Positions 49,768 to 61,696 are shown, counted from the stretch's first letter. The stretch is 64,000 nucleotides of DNA from an uncultured Mycoplasmatota bacterium (GCA_947642475.1 CANRSQ010000002.1:608-64607); one strand, 5' to 3'. Notes: generated by a model not told the origin, from the sequence alone. Translations and numbers: made by a program.

Positions 49768-50433
49768 GTGATTAATAAAAAATGGGATGAAGTACTAAAA
49801 GAAGAAATGAAAAAACCATACTTTAAAGATTTAGGAATATTTGTAAAAAATGAATATAATAAAAAAACAATATATCCAGAATATAAAAACATATTCAACG
49901 CCTTAAGATATACAGACTATGACCAAGTAAAAGTCGTAATCTTAGGACAAGATCCATATCATGGACCAAACGAAGCCCATGGACTATCATTTTCAGTTCA
50001 AAAAGGAGTCAAAAGACCACCTTCATTACAAAATATATTTAAAGAATTATATAATGATTTAGGAATAACAAGAACAAACAACGATTTAACCGATTGGGCA
50101 AAGCAAGGAGTATTTTTGTTAAACGCTATAATGACAGTTGTAAAAGATACACCACTTTCCCATAAAGGAAAAGGGTGGGAAATATTTACCGACGATTTAA
50201 TAAAATTACTAAATCAAAGAGAAGAACCAATCGTCTTTATTTTCTGGGGTGCATATGCAAGAAGTAAAAAAGAACTAATCACAAATAAAAACCATTATAT
50301 TATAGAAAGTCCCCATCCATCGCCATTATCTGCAAGTAGAGGATTCTTTGGCAGTAAACCATTTTCAAAAACAAATAACTTTTTAGTAAGTAAAGGAATA
50401 AAACCAATTAACTGGGGTGATAACAATGATTAA
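49768..50433 (+). CDS. ung: Uracil-DNA glycosylase
   Basis: GQDPYHG, the GVFLLN motif and HPSPLS. GTG start at 49768 with an AGAGGTG RBS. Confidence 0.93.
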   Translation: MINKKWDEVLKEEMKKPYFKDLGIFVKNEYNKKTIYPEYKNIFNALRYTDYDQVKVVILGQDPYHGPNEAHGLSFSVQKGVKRPPSLQNIFKELYNDLGITRTNNDLTDWAKQGVFLLNAIMTVVKDTPLSHKGKGWEIFTDDLIKLLNQREEPIVFIFWGAYARSKKELITNKNHYIIESPHPSPLSASRGFFGSKPFSKTNNFLVSKGIKPINWGDNND

Positions 50434-51739
50434 CGCAAAACAAATACTAAAAGAAAATTTAAAAGATGAAACTGTAGTAGTCGCATGTTCAGGTGGACCA
50501 GATTCAATGGCCCTTTTAAAAATAACCAACGATTTAAAAGATGAATTAAACCTCAAAATCGTCTGTGCCCACGTAAATCACAAAATTAGACCCGAAAGTG
50601 ACGATGAAGCAATCATGGTAGAAGATTATTGTAAGGAAAATGGTATATTTTTCGAATATATGACCATCGATAATTATAATCAAACCAATTTCCACCAAGA
50701 CGCCAGAATCAAAAGATATCAATTTTTTGATAAAACTGTAAATAAATGTAAAGCGAAACACCTTTTAACCGCTCATCATGGTGATGATTTAATGGAAACA
50801 ATTTTAATGCGAATAGTTAGAGGAGCCAATCTAAAAAGTTACGCTGGCTTCAGTGAAAAAATTCAAAATAAAACATACACCATTTTAAGACCACTCATCC
50901 CATATACAAAAGATCAAGTATTAAAATATACTAAAGAAAATAATATTCCATATAGTATCGATAACTCTAACGCCAAAGACGATTATACAAGAAATAGATT
51001 TAGAAAATACATTTTGCCAAAACTAAAAGAAGAAGATAAAAATGTCCATAAAAAATTCTACAAATTTAGTAAAACATTAGAAATGTATGATGAATATATA
51101 AATAAAGACGTTCAAAAAGCCTATAACCAAATTATCAAAGATAAAACATTAGATATCGAAAAATTCCAAAAATTAGAAAATTTAATTCAAATAAAAATAA
51201 TAAATAAACTACTAGAACAAGAATATAAAAATGATCTTTCGCAAATAACCGATAAACATAGACAGTTAATCCATAAAGTCCTAACATCAAATAAACCAAA
51301 TCAAGAAGTCTCACTTCCAAACCATAAAAAAGGAATCAAAACATATAACTCATTCAACATTACAGAAGAAAAACCAAAAAGTACTTATCAAATAGAATTA
51401 ATAGACTATTTAACCTTACCAAATAATAAAATAGTAGAAATAATCGACAACACCGAAGATACCAGCAACAACACAATAAGACTACTAAAAAAAGACATAA
51501 CTTTACCCTTATATATAAGAACAAGACTAGATGGCGATAAAATAGAAATAAAAGGGTTAAATGGCCACAAAAAACTAAAAGATATTTTCATTGATGAAAA
51601 AATTACGAAAGAAGAAAGAGACAACTGGCCAATCCTTGTAGATTCAAACGAAAACATCCTTTGGATACCAGGCCTTAAAAAATCAAAATTTGATAAACAA
51701 AAAGATGAAAACTATGATATAATAATTAGGTATCATTAA
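50426..51739 (+). CDS. tilS: tRNA(Ile)-lysidine synthase
   Basis: PP-loop SGGPDS and a TilS C-terminal domain. The ATG at 50426 follows GGGGTGA. Confidence 0.88.
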   Translation: MINAKQILKENLKDETVVVACSGGPDSMALLKITNDLKDELNLKIVCAHVNHKIRPESDDEAIMVEDYCKENGIFFEYMTIDNYNQTNFHQDARIKRYQFFDKTVNKCKAKHLLTAHHGDDLMETILMRIVRGANLKSYAGFSEKIQNKTYTILRPLIPYTKDQVLKYTKENNIPYSIDNSNAKDDYTRNRFRKYILPKLKEEDKNVHKKFYKFSKTLEMYDEYINKDVQKAYNQIIKDKTLDIEKFQKLENLIQIKIINKLLEQEYKNDLSQITDKHRQLIHKVLTSNKPNQEVSLPNHKKGIKTYNSFNITEEKPKSTYQIELIDYLTLPNNKIVEIIDNTEDTSNNTIRLLKKDITLPLYIRTRLDGDKIEIKGLNGHKKLKDIFIDEKITKEERDNWPILVDSNENILWIPGLKKSKFDKQKDENYDIIIRYH

Positions 51740-51756
51740 AGAAAGGGAGTTTTGAC

Positions 51757-53733
51757 ATGAATAAAAAGACAATAAAAAGAGGACTTCTACCATATTTATT
51801 TCTTGCAATATTCTTAGTAGGAATAATGATGGTAGTAGGTTCATTAAATAAAGAAGTTCACGAATTTACTTACGGAGACTTCACAAAACAAGTAGATAAA
51901 AAAGAAATCAAAGAAATAACCGTTACACCAAGAAGTAGAGGTAGCGTTTATACCATTACTGGTAAATTAAAAGATTACAAAAGTAATGAATCATTCGTAT
52001 TAACAATGCCACTTACTAACGAAACCATGGTTAAACTATTAGAAGCCGAAGACGAAGCCGGCTTCAAAATGACAACATCTACAGATCCAGAATCAAGTAC
52101 ACTATTATTATTCATAATTCAAGTTTTACCAATGGTATTACTAGTAGGTCTAGGCTTCTGGTTTATCACTAGACAAATGGGTGGTAATAATAAATCAATG
52201 GATTTCGGAAAATCAAAAGCCAGATTAAGTGGCGGAGATTCAAAAGTAACATTCAAAGATGTCGCCGGATTAACCGAAGAAAAAGAAGAAGTTTCAGAAC
52301 TTATAGACTTCTTAAAAAATCCTAAAAAATTCCAAAAAATGGGTGCTAGAATTCCAAAAGGAGTTTTACTAGTAGGCCCTCCAGGAACCGGTAAAACATT
52401 ACTTGCCAAAGCCGTAGCTGGAGAAGCTAATGTTCCATTCTACTTCATAAGTGGTTCAGAATTTGTAGAACTATTTGTCGGAGTAGGAGCATCAAGAGTA
52501 AGAGACATGTTCAAACAAGCAAAACAATCAGCCCCATGTCTAATCTTCATCGACGAAATCGATGCAGTTGGAAGACAAAGAGGAGCTGGACTAGGCGGAG
52601 GTCATGACGAAAGAGAACAAACATTAAACCAATTATTAACTGAAATGGATGGTTTTGGTGCTAATGAAGGAATAATTATCATCGCCGCAACCAACAGACC
52701 AGATGTATTAGATCCAGCCTTATTAAGACCAGGAAGATTTGATAGACAAGTAACAGTTAACGTTCCAGACGTAAAAGGAAGAGAAGAAATCTTAAACGTT
52801 CACGCTAAAGGAAAAACTTTTGCTAAAAACGTTACAATGAAAAACATTGCTAAAAGAACAGTAGGATTTAGTGGTGCCGATCTAGAAAACTTACTTAATG
52901 AAGCCGCATTACTAGCCGTAAGAAGAGGTAAAGATCAAATAACAATGGCTGAAATAGATGAAGCCCACGATAGAGTACTTATGGGTCCAGCCAAAAAATC
53001 TAAAAAATATACCGATAAAGAAAAGAAAACAGTAGCTTACCACGAAGCAGGTCATGCCGTAGTTGGATTAAAACTAGAAGGCGCAAATGACGTTCAAAAA
53101 ATAACAATAATTCCAAGAGGTTCAGCTGGTGGATATAACTTAATGCTTCCAAAAGAAGAAACATATCTATCAACTAAAAACGAACTATTACAAACAATCA
53201 GCGGATTATTAGCTGGTAGGGTAGCTGAAGAAATAGTATTCGGTGAAATAACAACAGGTGCTTCAAACGATTTTAGGCAAGCAACCAAAATTGCCAGAGC
53301 AATGGTTACAGAATACGGAATGAGTGATTTAGGACCAGTTCAATTCGAACACCAAAGTTCAAGTGTTTTCTTAGGTAGAGATTATAATAAACAACAAAAC
53401 TTCTCAACAAAAGTAGCTGATGAAATCGATGCCGAAGTTAGAAAAATAATTGAAAAACAATACGAAGTAACTAAAAAAATAATCAAAGAAAACATGGATT
53501 TACTAGACTTAATCGCTAATACACTATTAGAATATGAAACAATCACCAAAGAACAAATCGATCATTTAGTAGAACATGGAACAATGCCAGTAGAAGTAAT
53601 TGAAGAAGCTAGTTTAGAAGACCTAACTCTAGAAGAATTACAAGAAATGGCCAAAGAACAAGAAATCGACATTGAAGACAAAAGCAAAGAAGAGCTTATC
53701 GAACTATTAAATAAAGAAGACAAGGAAGACTAA
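51757..53733 (+). CDS. ftsH: ATP-dependent zinc metalloprotease FtsH
   Basis: Two N-terminal TM segments, AAA+ ([19 protein letters not shown]), HEAGH zinc site. Confidence 0.97.
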   Translation: MNKKTIKRGLLPYLFLAIFLVGIMMVVGSLNKEVHEFTYGDFTKQVDKKEIKEITVTPRSRGSVYTITGKLKDYKSNESFVLTMPLTNETMVKLLEAEDEAGFKMTTSTDPESSTLLLFIIQVLPMVLLVGLGFWFITRQMGGNNKSMDFGKSKARLSGGDSKVTFKDVAGLTEEKEEVSELIDFLKNPKKFQKMGARIPKGVLLVGPPGTGKTLLAKAVAGEANVPFYFISGSEFVELFVGVGASRVRDMFKQAKQSAPCLIFIDEIDAVGRQRGAGLGGGHDEREQTLNQLLTEMDGFGANEGIIIIAATNRPDVLDPALLRPGRFDRQVTVNVPDVKGREEILNVHAKGKTFAKNVTMKNIAKRTVGFSGADLENLLNEAALLAVRRGKDQITMAEIDEAHDRVLMGPAKKSKKYTDKEKKTVAYHEAGHAVVGLKLEGANDVQKITIIPRGSAGGYNLMLPKEETYLSTKNELLQTISGLLAGRVAEEIVFGEITTGASNDFRQATKIARAMVTEYGMSDLGPVQFEHQSSSVFLGRDYNKQQNFSTKVADEIDAEVRKIIEKQYEVTKKIIKENMDLLDLIANTLLEYETITKEQIDHLVEHGTMPVEVIEEASLEDLTLEELQEMAKEQEIDIEDKSKEELIELLNKEDKED

Positions 53734-53747
53734 TTCCTTGTTTTTTT
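53721..53747 (+). terminator. ftsH intrinsic terminator
   Basis: CAAGGAA-6 nt-TTCCTTG followed by T7, overlapping the stop codon. Confidence 0.55.
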
Positions 53748-53792
53748 AATACAAATATGATAATATATTAAACATTTAAAGGAGGAATATCT

Positions 53793-54611
53793 ATGGAACT
53801 CGCACCATTACTTTGGTCATGGCTAGCCACAATCATTGGAAGTCTTACATTAACCACAATTTCAGTCTTAGGCTTTGTAAAAACTCTCGCCCAACAAGGT
53901 TATAAATTCAATTTAGATAAAATGAATTCTAGGCCGACCGACGAAAATACTCTCAATTTTCAAAAAGCCTTATTTTTTATCCCTATAATTAATTTAGGAC
54001 TTCCATTTCTAATCCAAAATATTATTTCTAAAAATTCAGAAAAATTTAGAAATGAAGGTTTTATCGTTCCATTAAATAAAGAAGAGCAAGAAATATTAGA
54101 ATGTGAACCAACTTTATCTAATATATTAAGCATAAATGCTGGTATTGAAAAAGAAAAAGTAGGAATCATGACCTATAAAGACGAAGACAATAAAACCAAT
54201 ATAATACAATTTGTTGATGAAAATGGAATAGTTACAATTGAAGAAGTCAGTGGACCAGATATCGAAACAAAAAACAGATTAGAACAAAGAGCCCTCTTAC
54301 TTCAATTATTACAACAAGATGAGTTAGAAAATATTTATGAAGCATTACAAGAAATCCTTGAAGAAGCTATAAAACAAGAAGCCGAAGAAATAGTTTTAGT
54401 AGATATCGAACCATATGAAATCGGCGCGATTGCAAAGATTATTGCAAAATATGGAAACGATATCACAATAAATATCAGATTTATAGATAACATATCACCA
54501 GAAGAAGAAAAAGAAGCTCTAATCGCTTTAAGCCAAACATTAAAGGAAATCAGCGGATTTGATATCGCCTTTCTAGAAGAAGAGCCAAAACAAAAAACAC
54601 TAACAAAATAA
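53793..54611 (+). CDS. Hypothetical membrane protein with an acidic cytoplasmic C-terminal region
   Basis: 272-aa ORF with two N-terminal hydrophobic helices. No recognised domain. A hairpin plus T-run follows at about 54611-54637. Confidence 0.45.
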   Translation: MELAPLLWSWLATIIGSLTLTTISVLGFVKTLAQQGYKFNLDKMNSRPTDENTLNFQKALFFIPIINLGLPFLIQNIISKNSEKFRNEGFIVPLNKEEQEILECEPTLSNILSINAGIEKEKVGIMTYKDEDNKTNIIQFVDENGIVTIEEVSGPDIETKNRLEQRALLLQLLQQDELENIYEALQEILEEAIKQEAEEIVLVDIEPYEIGAIAKIIAKYGNDITINIRFIDNISPEEEKEALIALSQTLKEISGFDIAFLEEEPKQKTLTK

Positions 54612-54651
54612 ACATCGATTATAATCGGTGTTTTTTTCAAAAGAAAAAAGC

Positions 54652-55623
54652 CTAAGGCTTTTCAATTAAGAAACTAACTAAATCCTCAGGCTTTTTATCA
54701 CCATATATAATACCCTCAATCAAATTAACAATAGGCATATCAACATTATAAGTTTCCATTAATTGGTGAACAGATTTTAAAGTATATAATCCCTCAATAG
54801 TCGTACTAGCAATATATTCATCAATCTCTGACTTAGAAGCTCCACTACCAATTAAATGACCAAACGAATAGTTACGGCTTTTAGGACTAGTAGCAGTTAA
54901 TAATAAATCACCAAACCCCGCAAAGGATAAAATCGTGTCACCATTACCACCCAGACCCTTAATCAAAGCCTTAATATCGTGAACCGATTCCGTAATAAAC
55001 ATAGCCGAAGTACTTTCAGGCATACCCATACCATCTAAAATACCAGCTGCAATCGCAATAACATTTTTAATCGCTCCGCATATTTCTGTACCAATAATAT
55101 CGCTGCACACGCGTAATTTAAAATGATTATTACAAAAAGCTTCCGTAACTAAATCAATAGTTTCTCTGTGTTTACAGGCTAAAGTTAAACCAACAGGAAC
55201 CTTATTCGCTACATCAATCGCAAATGAAGGCCCAGAAAAAGCCGCCACATTATCAGTATCTAAAATCTTTTCCACAATATCAGAAACAAATAAACAGCTG
55301 TCCTGTTCAATACCCTTAGAAGCAATTACAATCGGTTTATCCTTAATATATTCCTTCGCATCTTTTAAAGTTTCGCTAACAAAAGCCGTAGGAATCGCAA
55401 TTAAAATAAACGCTGCTCCATCAGTAGCCTCTTTCAAACTAGAAGTCGCATAAATATCTGAAGGTAAAGTTACACCGGGTAGTTTAGGACAAGTATGATC
55501 AGAGTTAATTCTATTAGCCTCCTCCTCAAATCTAGTCCACATAGTAACATCATTACCATTTTCACTTAAAATTATAGATAACGCAGATCCATAAGCACCC
55601 GCACCTAATACACATATTTTCAT
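54652..55623 (-). CDS. gpsA: NAD(P)H-dependent glycerol-3-phosphate dehydrogenase
   Basis: MKICVLGAGAYGSAL Rossmann start and a GpsA core (KGIE, GAIKNVIAIAAG). The ATG at 55623 has an AGGTGA RBS. Confidence 0.92.
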   Translation of the reverse strand: MKICVLGAGAYGSALSIILSENGNDVTMWTRFEEEANRINSDHTCPKLPGVTLPSDIYATSSLKEATDGAAFILIAIPTAFVSETLKDAKEYIKDKPIVIASKGIEQDSCLFVSDIVEKILDTDNVAAFSGPSFAIDVANKVPVGLTLACKHRETIDLVTEAFCNNHFKLRVCSDIIGTEICGAIKNVIAIAAGILDGMGMPESTSAMFITESVHDIKALIKGLGGNGDTILSFAGFGDLLLTATSPKSRNYSFGHLIGSGASKSEIDEYIASTTIEGLYTLKSVHQLMETYNVDMPIVNLIEGIIYGDKKPEDLVSFLIEKP

Positions 55624-55807
55624 ATAATCACCTTTTTCATTATACATCATTACAAAATCAAAGGCAAATAAAACAATCTATAAGCTAAATAAACACCATC
55701 ACTAAATTTCCATTTTACACTTTTAGACTATTATAAACCAAAAAAATCCTTTTTTTAATTGCCTTTTAACAAAAACACCTTTATAGTTAATATAGAAGGG
55801 TGTTAGT

Positions 55808-56833
55808 ATGAAGGGAAAATTATTAAAAATTAGTTTAACATTTATCTCTATAATATGTATGACATTAGTTTTAAGCATGCCAGTTTTAAAAAACTTAGAC
55901 ACTAATACAACCACACAAACACCGCTAAAAACCTTAAATTCAAATCAAGAAATAGTATATGATTATATAGAAGAAAAAACATTCGGTATCGACGTATCAA
56001 AATATCAGGGTAACATCGATTGGGCTAAAGTAAAACAAAGCGGTGTAGAATTCGCAATGATAAGAGTTGGATTCCGAGGCTATGAAGATGGTAAAATTTA
56101 TATAGACGATTCCTTTGAAAAAAATATAAAAGGCGCTATAGATAATGATATACAAATAGGAATTTATTTCTATTCATCATCCAAAAACGAAAAAGAAGCC
56201 AAAGAAGAAGCAAAATGGGTTGTAAATAAAATTAATCCATACAAAGAATATATCAGTTATCCTGTCGCTTTTGACTTAGAAGATTTTGATAAGTATAGAT
56301 TAAAAGGTGTTAACAATACAAAATTATCAAAAAACGCTGAAGCCTTCTTAGAATACATAGAAGAAAACAACTATACCCCAATGATTTATAGTTGTAACCT
56401 TCCATTCAAACATATATGGAGTAAAAAAGTAAAAGAAAAATATAAAATATGGCTTGCACAGTACGATAACAACGTAGATTTAGAATACGATATGATACAA
56501 TATACAAGTAAAGGTAAAATAAATGGAATAAAAGGAAATGTCGATTTAAACTATGCTAATTTTAAATTCATAAAAAGAATAGTCGACACTAATGACCCAA
56601 ACGAAAAAATAATTAAAGATACCAAAATTACCAAAACAAATGATTATGTAGCAACCACAACATTCGCCAACTTTAGAAAGGCGCCTACATTTGAATTAGA
56701 TAATACTTTAACAGAATCACTCCCGCCAAAAACAAAACTAAAAAGATTGGGCATAACCGATAACGATTGGTCTAAAGTAGAATATAATGGTCAAATAGGA
56801 TATATTTATAATTATTATTTAAAAAAAGCATAA
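55808..56833 (+). CDS. GH25 muramidase (lysozyme) with C-terminal SH3b domain
   Basis: Signal peptide, GH25 signature GIDVSKYQGNIDW...FAMIR...FYSS...DLE, and a C-terminal SH3-like WSKVEYNGQIGYIYNYYL. Confidence 0.85.
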   Translation: MKGKLLKISLTFISIICMTLVLSMPVLKNLDTNTTTQTPLKTLNSNQEIVYDYIEEKTFGIDVSKYQGNIDWAKVKQSGVEFAMIRVGFRGYEDGKIYIDDSFEKNIKGAIDNDIQIGIYFYSSSKNEKEAKEEAKWVVNKINPYKEYISYPVAFDLEDFDKYRLKGVNNTKLSKNAEAFLEYIEENNYTPMIYSCNLPFKHIWSKKVKEKYKIWLAQYDNNVDLEYDMIQYTSKGKINGIKGNVDLNYANFKFIKRIVDTNDPNEKIIKDTKITKTNDYVATTTFANFRKAPTFELDNTLTESLPPKTKLKRLGITDNDWSKVEYNGQIGYIYNYYLKKA

Positions 56834-56860
56834 CTACTAAAATAAACTTAGTAGTTTTTC
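56832..56860 (+). terminator. Intrinsic terminator after the muramidase gene
   Basis: AACTACTAA-7 nt-TTAGTAGTT running into TTTT. Confidence 0.5.
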
Positions 56861-56907
56861 TTTACATAAAAAAATGTCAAAAAAATGAAAAAAGTTCTAA
56901 AAAAACG

Positions 56908-57060
56908 TTGATTTTCATATATTTTTCATGTATAATTTTGAATGTGTGGCGTGCGATGATGTGTGAGGTTGCCGAGACACGGGGTTAAGTTGTAAATAAC
57001 TATAAACCCAAACTCGGGTTTTTACACGGAGCAAGTCTATACTGAGATATAGGCGAAAGG
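56908..57060 (+). promoter_or_regulatory. S10 operon promoter and structured, GC-richer leader
   Basis: TTGATT(56908)-17-TATAAT(56931). The leader contains the hairpin AAACCC-AAACTC-GGGTTT plus TT (57004-57023), upstream of the rpsJ RBS AAAGGAGG. Confidence 0.5.
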
Positions 57061-57070
57061 AGGATACAAT

Positions 57071-57379
57071 ATGTCTAAGACTAAAGTTCGTATCAGACTT
57101 AAATCATTTGAACACAAGAATTTAGACGCTGCTTGTGCAAAAATAATTGAGACTGTAAAAAGAACTGGAGGAGAAGTAAGTGGACCAATTCCACTACCAA
57201 CCGAAATTGAAAAAATTACAATCTTAAGAGCTGTTCACAAATACAAAGATTCACGTGAACAATTCGAAAAGAGAACACACAAAAGACTTATTGATATCAA
57301 TAACCCAAGTAAGGAAACAGTAGATGCATTATCACATCTAGATATTCCAAGCGGCGTTGATATTCAAATCAAATTATAG
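57071..57379 (+). CDS. rpsJ: 30S ribosomal protein S10
   Basis: Sequence and position at the head of the S10 operon. Confidence 0.97.
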   Translation: MSKTKVRIRLKSFEHKNLDAACAKIIETVKRTGGEVSGPIPLPTEIEKITILRAVHKYKDSREQFEKRTHKRLIDINNPSKETVDALSHLDIPSGVDIQIKL

Positions 57380-57391
57380 GAGGAATGAAAA

Positions 57392-58183
57392 ATGAAAGGA
57401 ATCTTAGGTCGTAAAATAGGAATGACTGAAGTATTCGACCAAAATGGAAAATTAACTCCAGTAACTGTTGTTGAAGTAACTCCAAACGTAGTTACACAAA
57501 TCAAAACAAAAGCTACTGACGGTTATGATGCTATCCAACTTGGATTCGATGACAAGAGAGAAAAGTTAGCGACAAAAGCTTCTATTGGACATACCAATAA
57601 AGCAAACACTACACCTAAGCGCTTCTTTAAAGAAATTAGAGGTGTTAACGTTGAAGAATATACTTTAGGACAAGAAATCGCTGCAGATATCTTTACTAGA
57701 GGAGAAGTAATCGACGTAACTGGAACTACAAAAGGTAAAGGGTTCCAAGGTGTTATTAAAAGACATAATCAACACAGAGGACCTATGGGACATGGTTCAC
57801 ACTATCACAGAAGACCAGGTTCAATGGGAACAATGAGACCAATGCGTGTATTCAAAGGTAAAAAGTTACCAGGTCATATGGGAACATTGACTGTAACGAT
57901 TCAAAACTTAGAAGTAGTTGCAGTTGACGTAGAAAATAATGTTATTTTAGTAAAAGGAAATATTCCAGGACCTAAAAAAGGATTAGTAATCATTAAGAGT
58001 GCTGTTAAAAAACCTAACAAAGTTAACGAAAGACCTGAATTAGTTTCATATGTTACTGAAGAAGCTCCAGTAGAAACTACAGAAGTTGTAGAAGAAACTG
58101 TAACTGAAGAAGTAATCGAAGAAACAACTGCACCTGAAGAAAACGCAGAAGTAAGTGTTGAAACTACTGAGGAAGAAAAGTAG
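57392..58183 (+). CDS. rplC: 50S ribosomal protein L3 with an acidic C-terminal extension of about 50 aa
   Basis: Canonical L3 core ([12 protein letters not shown]). The tail is [43 protein letters not shown]. Confidence 0.95.
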   Translation: MKGILGRKIGMTEVFDQNGKLTPVTVVEVTPNVVTQIKTKATDGYDAIQLGFDDKREKLATKASIGHTNKANTTPKRFFKEIRGVNVEEYTLGQEIAADIFTRGEVIDVTGTTKGKGFQGVIKRHNQHRGPMGHGSHYHRRPGSMGTMRPMRVFKGKKLPGHMGTLTVTIQNLEVVAVDVENNVILVKGNIPGPKKGLVIIKSAVKKPNKVNERPELVSYVTEEAPVETTEVVEETVTEEVIEETTAPEENAEVSVETTEEEK

Positions 58184-58194
58184 GAGGTTAAAAC

Positions 58195-58818
58195 ATGAAA
58201 AAGAATTCTGTATTAAATATTAAAGGTGAAAAAGTAGGGGACATCACTTTAAACGAAAACGTATGGGGAATCACTCCAAACGACGCAGTTTTATATGATG
58301 CTATAACATTAGCTAGAAATTCTCAAAGACAAGGTACACATAGTACAAAAACACGTAGTGAAGTTAGTGGTGGAGGAAGAAAACCTTGGAGACAAAAAGG
58401 AACAGGACACGCAAGACAAGGTAGTACAAGATCACCACAATGGCCAGGTGGAGGAATCGTATTCGGCCCAAAACCAAGAACATATAACAAAAAACAAAAT
58501 AGAAAAGAAAGAGTATTAGCTCTTAAATCAGCTTTATCTTATAAAGCCCAAGACAAAGAAATAATTGTATTAGATAATTTGAATATCGACACAAATAAAA
58601 CAAAAGATATGCTTACAATTTTAGAAGCTATCAAAGCAAATAAAAATATTTTAATCGTTGTAAACGAACTTACTGATAATGTAATTTTAAGTTCACGTAA
58701 TATACCTAACGTAGTATTATTAAAAGCGGACGAAATTAGTACATTAGACGTAATCGCTTCAGATTGTTTAGTAATAACTGAAGATGCGGTTAAAGCTATA
58801 GAGGAGGTGCTTGCATAA
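58195..58818 (+). CDS. rplD: 50S ribosomal protein L4
   Basis: [19 protein letters not shown] motif. Operon order. Confidence 0.97.
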   Translation: MKKNSVLNIKGEKVGDITLNENVWGITPNDAVLYDAITLARNSQRQGTHSTKTRSEVSGGGRKPWRQKGTGHARQGSTRSPQWPGGGIVFGPKPRTYNKKQNRKERVLALKSALSYKAQDKEIIVLDNLNIDTNKTKDMLTILEAIKANKNILIVVNELTDNVILSSRNIPNVVLLKADEISTLDVIASDCLVITEDAVKAIEEVLA

Positions 58819-59093
58819 TGGAACATAGAGACGTTATAAAAGCTCCAATCATTACAGAAAAATCTTCTGATTTAGCAAAAGAAAATACTATCGTACTAAG
58901 TGTTGATCCAAGAGCAAACAAAACTCAAATCAAACAAGCTGTTGAAGCAATCTTCGACGTAAAAGTAGATAGTGTTAATACAATCAACGTAAAACCAAAG
59001 AAAAAAAGAGTAGGTCGTTACGCTGGTAAAACAAATAAAGTTAAAAAAGCAATTGTTAAATTAAAAGAAGGAAGTTCAATCGAACTTAACTAG
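58818..59093 (+). CDS. rplW: 50S ribosomal protein L23
   Basis: Sequence and operon order. Confidence 0.96.
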   Translation: MEHRDVIKAPIITEKSSDLAKENTIVLSVDPRANKTQIKQAVEAIFDVKVDSVNTINVKPKKKRVGRYAGKTNKVKKAIVKLKEGSSIELN

Positions 59094-59111
59094 ACTTAAG
59101 GGAGGATATAT

Positions 59112-59942
59112 ATGGCGATCAAAACATATAAACCAACGACTAATGGTAGACGTGGTATGACAACTCTTCAAAACGAAGAAATTACAAAATCTACTCCAGA
59201 AAAATCATTAGTTGTAACATTAAAAAAATCAGGTGGTCGTAATAACCAAGGTAAAATCACAGTAAGACACCATGGTGGTGGAGTTAAAAGAAAATATCGT
59301 ATCATCGATTTCAAAAGAGATAAAGATGGCGTTGTTGGAACAGTAGCTTCAATCGAATACGACCCAAATAGAAGTGCTAACATTGCTTTAATAAATTATG
59401 CTGATGGAGAAAAAAGATACATTATCGCTCCAAAAGACTTAAAAGTAGGAATGAAAATCGAAAGTGGAGAAAACGCAGATATCAAAGTTGGTAACTGCTT
59501 ACCATTAAAAGATATTCCAGAAGGAACTTTAGTTCACAATATCGAATTAAAACCTGGAAAAGGTGGCCAAATGGCAAGAAGTGCCGGAGCTAGCGTACAA
59601 ATCTTAGGACGTGAAGACAAATATACTTTACTTCGTTTAGCGAGTGGAGAAGTTAGAAAAGTTCTAAGTGTGTGCCGTGCTACAATCGGTGAAGTAGGAA
59701 ATGCTGACTATTCATTAGTTAACATTGGTAAAGCTGGTAGAAAAAGACATATGGGTATTAGACCTACAGTTCGTGGATCAGTTATGAACCCTAACGATCA
59801 CCCACACGGTGGTGGTGAAGGACGTGCGCCTATCGGACGTAAAGGTCCTATGACTCCATGGGGTAAACCAGCACTTGGTTACAAAACTCGTAACAAGAAA
59901 AAGGCTTCAGACAAATTAATTGTTCGTCGTCGTAAAAAATAA
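59112..59942 (+). CDS. rplB: 50S ribosomal protein L2
   Basis: GGGHKR-like GGGVKRKYR and HPHGGGEG motifs. Confidence 0.97.
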   Translation: MAIKTYKPTTNGRRGMTTLQNEEITKSTPEKSLVVTLKKSGGRNNQGKITVRHHGGGVKRKYRIIDFKRDKDGVVGTVASIEYDPNRSANIALINYADGEKRYIIAPKDLKVGMKIESGENADIKVGNCLPLKDIPEGTLVHNIELKPGKGGQMARSAGASVQILGREDKYTLLRLASGEVRKVLSVCRATIGEVGNADYSLVNIGKAGRKRHMGIRPTVRGSVMNPNDHPHGGGEGRAPIGRKGPMTPWGKPALGYKTRNKKKASDKLIVRRRKK

Positions 59943-59959
59943 GAAAGGATTGATTAAAG

Positions 59960-60232
59960 ATGGCTAGAAGTTTAAAAAAAGGTCCTTATGTCTTTGATAG
60001 ACTATTAAAAAAGGTACAAGAATTAAACGAATCTGGTAAAAAAGAAGTTATCAAAACTTGGTCTCGCCGTTCTACAATTTTTCCTGAATTTATTGGACAC
60101 ACATTTGCTGTTCATAATGGTAAAGATTTCATTCCGGTTTATGTAACAGAAGATATGGTTGGACATAAATTAGGAGAATTTGCCGCAACACGTAAATTTG
60201 GTGGACACGGTGACGACAAAAAGAAAAAGTAA
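59960..60232 (+). CDS. rpsS: 30S ribosomal protein S19
   Basis: [10 protein letters not shown] start. Operon order. Confidence 0.97.
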   Translation: MARSLKKGPYVFDRLLKKVQELNESGKKEVIKTWSRRSTIFPEFIGHTFAVHNGKDFIPVYVTEDMVGHKLGEFAATRKFGGHGDDKKKK

Positions 60233-60256
60233 AATAAACCAGAAAGGATGATATAA

Positions 60257-60592
60257 ATGGAAGCTAGAGCAATCGCTAAAGGTGTAAGAATCGCACCAAG
60301 AAAAGCTCGTCTAACTATCGATTTAATTCGTGGTAAAGATGTAGCGGAAGCTGACATAATATTAGCAAACCTTAACACAAAAGCTTCAAGAATAATCCGT
60401 AAGGTTTTAACTTCAGCAACTGCAAACGCTGAAAACAATTTAGAATTAAACAAAGAAAACCTATACGTAAGTGAAGCATATATAAACGAAGGTAAAACTA
60501 TGAAAAGAGGTAGAGCTGGAGCTAAAGGTAGACCAGACCCTATCTTAAAAAGAACAAGTCACATTACAGTAGTTGTAAGTGAGAAAAATTAA
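60257..60592 (+). CDS. rplV: 50S ribosomal protein L22
   Basis: Sequence and operon order. Confidence 0.96.
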   Translation: MEARAIAKGVRIAPRKARLTIDLIRGKDVAEADIILANLNTKASRIIRKVLTSATANAENNLELNKENLYVSEAYINEGKTMKRGRAGAKGRPDPILKRTSHITVVVSEKN

Positions 60593-60609
60593 GCAAAGGA
60601 GGATGGCTG

Positions 60610-61290
60610 ATGGGTCAAAAAGTTAGTCCAGTCGGACTTAGAATCGGAATCAACAAAGGCTGGGAATCAAACTGGTATGCCGAAGGAAAAGACTTCGCTA
60701 AAAACCTAAATAGTGATTACCAAATCCGTAAATTTTTAGAGAAAAAATTAAAAGACGCAGCAGTTGCAAGTATTCTTATTGAAAGAACCGCTGATAAGAC
60801 TGAAGTTATTATCAACACAGCTAAACCTGGTGTAGTAATCGGTCACGGTGGCGATGAAATAGAAAAACTTAGAAAAGAATTGTCTAAAAAAGTTAAAGAA
60901 GACATTCACATTTCAATTAAAGAAATTAAAAACCCTAACATGGTAGCAGCATTAGTTGCTGAGAATATTGCTCATCAAATCGAAAATCGTGTATCATTTA
61001 GAGTTGCTCAAAAGAAAGCAATTAGAAATGTAATGAAATCAGGAGCAAAAGGAGTTAAAACTTTAGTATCTGGACGTTTAAATGGTGTAGAAATTGCCAG
61101 AAGTGAAGGATATACAGAAGGTACAATTCCGCTTCATACTTTAAGAGCAGATGTAGACTACTCTCATAAAGAAGCTGATACAACTTATGGTAAAATCGGT
61201 GTAAAAGTATGGATTTATAAAGGAGAAATCCTTCCTGAAAAGAAAAATAAGGGAGGTATGAACAATGGCAGTCATTCCAAAGAGAACTAA
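60610..61290 (+). CDS. rpsC: 30S ribosomal protein S3
   Basis: [13 protein letters not shown] start, KH domain. Confidence 0.97.
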   Translation: MGQKVSPVGLRIGINKGWESNWYAEGKDFAKNLNSDYQIRKFLEKKLKDAAVASILIERTADKTEVIINTAKPGVVIGHGGDEIEKLRKELSKKVKEDIHISIKEIKNPNMVAALVAENIAHQIENRVSFRVAQKKAIRNVMKSGAKGVKTLVSGRLNGVEIARSEGYTEGTIPLHTLRADVDYSHKEADTTYGKIGVKVWIYKGEILPEKKNKGGMNNGSHSKEN

Positions 61291-61696
61291 ATATCGTCGT
61301 CCACATCGTCTAAGATATGATGGCGTAGCCAGAGGAAATACCAAAGTTAATTTTGGTGAATATGGATTACAAGCATTAGAAGGTGCTTGGATCACACAAA
61401 GACAAATCGAAGCTGCCCGTGTAGCTATGACACGTTATATGAAACGTGGAGGAAAAGTATGGATCAATATTTTCCCACACTTATCATTAACTAAAAAACC
61501 ACTTGAAACTCGTCAAGGTAAAGGTAAAGGTGCTCCAGAAGCATGGGTTGCAGTTGTTAAAAAAGGTAAAGTTATGTTCGAAGTAGCTGGAGTTAGTGAA
61601 GAAGTAGCTAGAGAAGCATTAAGACTAGCTATGCACAAACTACCAATTAAATGTAAGTTTGTTAAAAGAGAAAGTGGTGAGGTAAATGAAAAGTAA
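61265..61696 (+). CDS. rplP: 50S ribosomal protein L16
   Basis: [11 protein letters not shown] start region. Overlaps the end of rpsC by 26 nt. Confidence 0.95.
   Translation: MAVIPKRTKYRRPHRLRYDGVARGNTKVNFGEYGLQALEGAWITQRQIEAARVAMTRYMKRGGKVWINIFPHLSLTKKPLETRQGKGKGAPEAWVAVVKKGKVMFEVAGVSEEVAREALRLAMHKLPIKCKFVKRESGEVNEK

Noticed and set aside
57250-57259. TTCACGTGAA inside rpsJ as a possible twelfth parS.
   Set aside because: Only the central 10 bp match. The flanks (GA..CA) break the GTTTCAC/GTGAAAC arms, so it is unlikely to be a functional ParB site.
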